This document shows, one piece after another, positions 61,195-64,000 of a stretch of DNA of 64,000 nt (position 1 is its first letter; the number at the start of each line of letters is the position of its first letter). Source of the DNA: Polyangiales bacterium (GTDB lineage Bacteria; Myxococcota_A; Polyangia; Polyangiales; Polyangiaceae); NCBI GenBank assembly GCA_038230375.1, contig JBBRNJ010000018.1, positions 1-64,000 on the forward strand, given 5' to 3'. The notes under the pieces are model-generated. The model searched no databases, was not told the origin of the DNA, and worked only from the letters and a program-made list of their open reading frames with translations. Position numbers and translations under genes: made by a program.

Positions 61195-61437
61195 TCACGG
61201 CTCGTCTTCGTCGTCAGCGCCGTCGACTTCGTTGACGCTCGGCAGCTTCTTGATCTCCAGGCGGGAGATCTTCCAGGCACGCTGAACCACCCAAGAAAGC
61301 GAACGGTCGAGGCGCGCGGCCTCTTCTTTGATCTCCTGGAGCATCGACTCGGGGAAGTAGAGACTCTGCTTCCTCTTGTCGGTCTTGGAGCTCTCGCTGC
61401 GAAGGTTCGAAATCGAGTCCTTTTCTCCGCTCGCCAC
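61195..61437 (-). CDS. cdbA: CdbA/TIGR04563-family ribbon-helix-helix, c-di-GMP-binding nucleoid protein
   Basis: TDKRKQSLYFPESMLQEIKEEAARLDRSLSWVVQRAWK closely resembles M. xanthus MXAN_4361/4362; GAGGAGG RBS. Confidence 0.85.
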   Translation of the reverse strand: MASGEKDSISNLRSESSKTDKRKQSLYFPESMLQEIKEEAARLDRSLSWVVQRAWKISRLEIKKLPSVNEVDGADDEDEP

Positions 61438-61567
61438 CGGGGGCCTCCTCTGTGTCAGGTCACGTATTCACACACGCGGAAGTCGCGCGCATGATTCAAG
61501 ATATCAGGACTTCGGAACTCCGGTGCGACAATTCTCGACCTTGCCCTGCGTGCCCGCTGATCTCCCT

Positions 61568-61594
61568 GAAAAAGCCCGAAAAAGGCCGAAAAAG
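61568..61594. promoter_or_regulatory. Three phased GAAAAAG direct repeats (10-bp period) in the divergent cdbA/S41 promoter region
   Basis: gaaaaagccc gaaaaaggcc gaaaaaggcg. Confidence 0.6.
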
Positions 61595-61611
61595 GCGATA
61601 CCTTTCCACCC

Positions 61612-62946
61612 GTGACCTTCCCCAACCGCGCCCTCCGGCTCGCTCTTCCCGTTCTCCTTGCCTTCGTTAGCGGAGTCTTCGTCGGCTCCGGTCGCGCGCA
61701 CGCGACGAGCGAGGACAAGAGCCCCTACTCCGCGGTTGGTCAGCTCGGACGCGTGCTCGTGTTGGTGGAGAACGAGTACGTCGATCCTGTCGAGCGTGGC
61801 CGTCTTGTCGAGGGCGCCATCAAGGGCATGGTGACGGAGCTCGATCCGCACTCCGAGTACCTCCGACCCGAAGAGTGGAAGCAGTTCCACGGCGACACGG
61901 AAGGAAACTTCGGAGGCATCGGCATCGAGGTCGACGGTCGCGATGGCACGCTCACCGTCATCGCGCCCATCGAGGGCTCACCCGCGGATCGCGCGGGCAT
62001 CCTCTCGGGTGACAAGGTCATCGGCGTGGACGGCGAGGACGCGCGCCACGCATCGCTCGACAAGCTGATGAAGCAGATGCGCGGCCAGGCCGGCACGCGC
62101 GTGAAGATCACGGTCCTCCGCGGCTCGGAGACAAGGGTCTTCGATCTCGTACGCGAGGTCATTCATCTCTCTGCGGTGACTGCGAAGGCGCTCGAGGGCG
62201 GCGCGATCTACCTGCGCATCCGGCAGTTCCAGGAGGGCACGCACGCGGAGCTCATTCGTGAGGTCGGGAAGGCACGGCGCGATGCAGGCGGCCGCGTGCA
62301 GGGCGTCATCCTTGATCTTCGTCACAACCCGGGCGGTCTCGTCGACGAGGCCGCGGAGGTGTCCGACGAGTTCCTCGACGGCGGCATGATCTTCACCATG
62401 CGTCACCGCGGCCAGACCGTGGAGCAGGCGAAGGCACACTCGGGCGGCGCACTCGTGGACATGCCTGTCGTCGTCCTCGTCGACGAATGGAGCGCGAGCG
62501 CCTCCGAGCTCGTCACCGGCGCGCTGCAGGATCAGAAGCGAGGCGTCGTGGTGGGCCAGCCGACGTTCGGCAAGGGCAGCGTGCAGTCGATCCTCGATCT
62601 ACCCGGCGGCGCGGGCCTCAAGCTGACGACAGCGCGGTACTTCACGCCCTCTGGGCACGCGATCCAGGCGGACGGCATCCATCCAGACGTCGTCGTCGAG
62701 AAGGAGAACATCGGTCGCCCCGCATTCCGCGAAGGCGACATCGGAAACCACCTCTCTGCGGAAGGGCCGCAGGGCGGTGTGCCCTCGCAGGCCGCGCGCG
62801 ATGCGGGCTCGATCCACGTGGAGCGGGACGGCGGTGACTCCCCGGTGCAGGCCGCCCGCGACGTCCCGAAGGATCCGTCCACGTCGAAGGATTTCGTGCT
62901 GGCGCTCGGCTACAAGCTGCTTCGGCAGAAGATGTCGGGCAAGTAG
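61612..62946 (+). CDS. S41 C-terminal processing peptidase (CtpA/Prc)
   Basis: LDPHS, GGIGI PDZ, LDLRHNPGG, SASASE, TFGKGSVQ, TTARYFTPSG. Confidence 0.95.
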   Translation: MTFPNRALRLALPVLLAFVSGVFVGSGRAHATSEDKSPYSAVGQLGRVLVLVENEYVDPVERGRLVEGAIKGMVTELDPHSEYLRPEEWKQFHGDTEGNFGGIGIEVDGRDGTLTVIAPIEGSPADRAGILSGDKVIGVDGEDARHASLDKLMKQMRGQAGTRVKITVLRGSETRVFDLVREVIHLSAVTAKALEGGAIYLRIRQFQEGTHAELIREVGKARRDAGGRVQGVILDLRHNPGGLVDEAAEVSDEFLDGGMIFTMRHRGQTVEQAKAHSGGALVDMPVVVLVDEWSASASELVTGALQDQKRGVVVGQPTFGKGSVQSILDLPGGAGLKLTTARYFTPSGHAIQADGIHPDVVVEKENIGRPAFREGDIGNHLSAEGPQGGVPSQAARDAGSIHVERDGGDSPVQAARDVPKDPSTSKDFVLALGYKLLRQKMSGK

Positions 62947-63303
62947 TCAGTCGCCTCGGAGGGCGACGGCGGCGTTGACCAGCGGCAGCAGCAGGAGCAG
63001 CGTGACGGCGACGAGGGAGTAGCTCGCCCAGGTCCAGTCAACAGGCGGCCCCACGCGCGCGAGCGAGATGAGCATGGTGATGATGCCGAGGACCGCGTGG
63101 CCGCGTGACGGCGCGCGCCACACCAGCGCGCTGGCCGTGACGCCAAGCATCGCGCAGCCGATCGCGATCGCGCTCTTCCAATTCCATGGCGCAGGGTTCC
63201 TGTAGAACCACCCGATCAGCGCCACCGTCGTGAGCCCACTGAAGATCAGGAGAGCCATCGACGCGACGAAGACAGTGAGCTTTGAGGCTCCGCGATCGTT
63301 CAC
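62947..63303 (-). CDS. Small 4-TM membrane protein
   Basis: Four hydrophobic segments in 118 aa. Confidence 0.7.
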   Translation of the reverse strand: MNDRGASKLTVFVASMALLIFSGLTTVALIGWFYRNPAPWNWKSAIAIGCAMLGVTASALVWRAPSRGHAVLGIITMLISLARVGPPVDWTWASYSLVAVTLLLLLPLVNAAVALRGD

Positions 63304-63360
63304 GATGAGCCCCGAGCATACACGAATTCCCCCACCACCAAGCGCCCCCTGTCCACGGAG

Positions 63361-64000
63361 CTATCCACGGATCCGGATGGCGTACGTCAGCTTCACGACG
63401 TTCTTCAGGACGTTCGGGACGCGCTTGAAAAGGTTGATGGAAGGCGGTCGCTTCTCGACGACGCGCACGGGGATCTCGCGCATCTTGATGCCGCCGCGAT
63501 CCGCGCGGATCACGAACTCGCTCGCGAAGACGTCCTTGTCGACCAGGCACGCACGCACGATGTCCAGCAGCGCAACGCGTCGGAATGCCTTCAGGCCGTG
63601 CGTGTCCGTCCCGCGGAAGCCGAGCATGATGCGGAGGATCGAGGAGTAGCCCATGCTCGCCAGGTGGCGGAACATGGGGCGGTCGTCGCTTGCGCCCTCC
63701 ACGAGCTTGGAGCCGATGACCATGTCCGCGGCGCCGGACTCGAGGATCTCGATCGCGCGGCGATGGAAGTCAGCGTCGCAGAGATCGATCTCGTCGCAGA
63801 TGACCATCTCGCCGCGGGCAAGCAGGATGCCCTGCTTCATGGCCTTGCCGTAGTTCGGCTCGCCCATGGAGATGATCTTCACCTGGCCGTTCGCGGGGTC
63901 GTTGTACTTCTGCGAGAGCTCCTCGCCGATCTCCACGGTGCGATCCTTCGAGCCGTTCTCGGCGAGGATGATCTCGTAGTTCCATCCGAGCGGCGCAAGG
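63361..64000 (-). CDS. Glycosyltransferase family 2 (5' end beyond window)
   Basis: YEIILAENGSKDRT, NYGKA..GI, DEID, IGSK, DTHGLK, EIPV. Confidence 0.9.
   Translation of the reverse strand, partial: LAPLGWNYEIILAENGSKDRTVEIGEELSQKYNDPANGQVKIISMGEPNYGKAMKQGILLARGEMVICDEIDLCDADFHRRAIEILESGAADMVIGSKLVEGASDDRPMFRHLASMGYSSILRIMLGFRGTDTHGLKAFRRVALLDIVRACLVDKDVFASEFVIRADRGGIKMREIPVRVVEKRPPSINLFKRVPNVLKNVVKLTYAIRIRG

Noticed and set aside
59979..61235. ORFs with poly-VE, poly-DL or poly-RS tracts
   Set aside because: Alternative-frame readings of the microsatellite; the Thr/Ser frame carries the lipobox and kinase motifs

Overview
High-GC chromosomal window from a myxobacterium, probably Polyangiaceae/Labilithrix-like. 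This rests on a CdbA/TIGR04563-type protein, eukaryote-like Ser/Thr kinases, an esg-like E1alpha/E1beta pair and many lipoproteins with DAG/DGG linkers. Housekeeping genes (tpiA 5' end, pgk, gap, bioA, ftsH, tilS, rlmD-like, mnmA, arfB, purEK, trmO, S41 protease) are interleaved with many uncharacterised exported proteins. I saw no rRNA, tRNA, CRISPR array, integrase or transposase. Most interesting signals: (1) a lipoprotein matching FAM20C/FAM20B/four-jointed secretory kinases motif for motif, last gene of a cdbA-hydrolase operon; (2) a stand-alone sigma28 plus T3SS inner-rod(SctI)-like pair with a sigma28-like promoter between them; (3) a non-BREX PglZ-domain protein with a partly degenerate metal site; (4) a SigK/RskA-like ECF module with a recognisable promoter, a long structured leader and a DUF4397 lipoprotein; (5) a ~2.95 kb kinase-FGE plus small-protein cassette flanked by an 8-bp direct repeat that holds both neighbours' stop codons; (6) a 41-aa basic protein missing from the ORF track. 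All family calls come from reading motifs by eye, not database searches. Several start codons were re-chosen relative to the ORF track.
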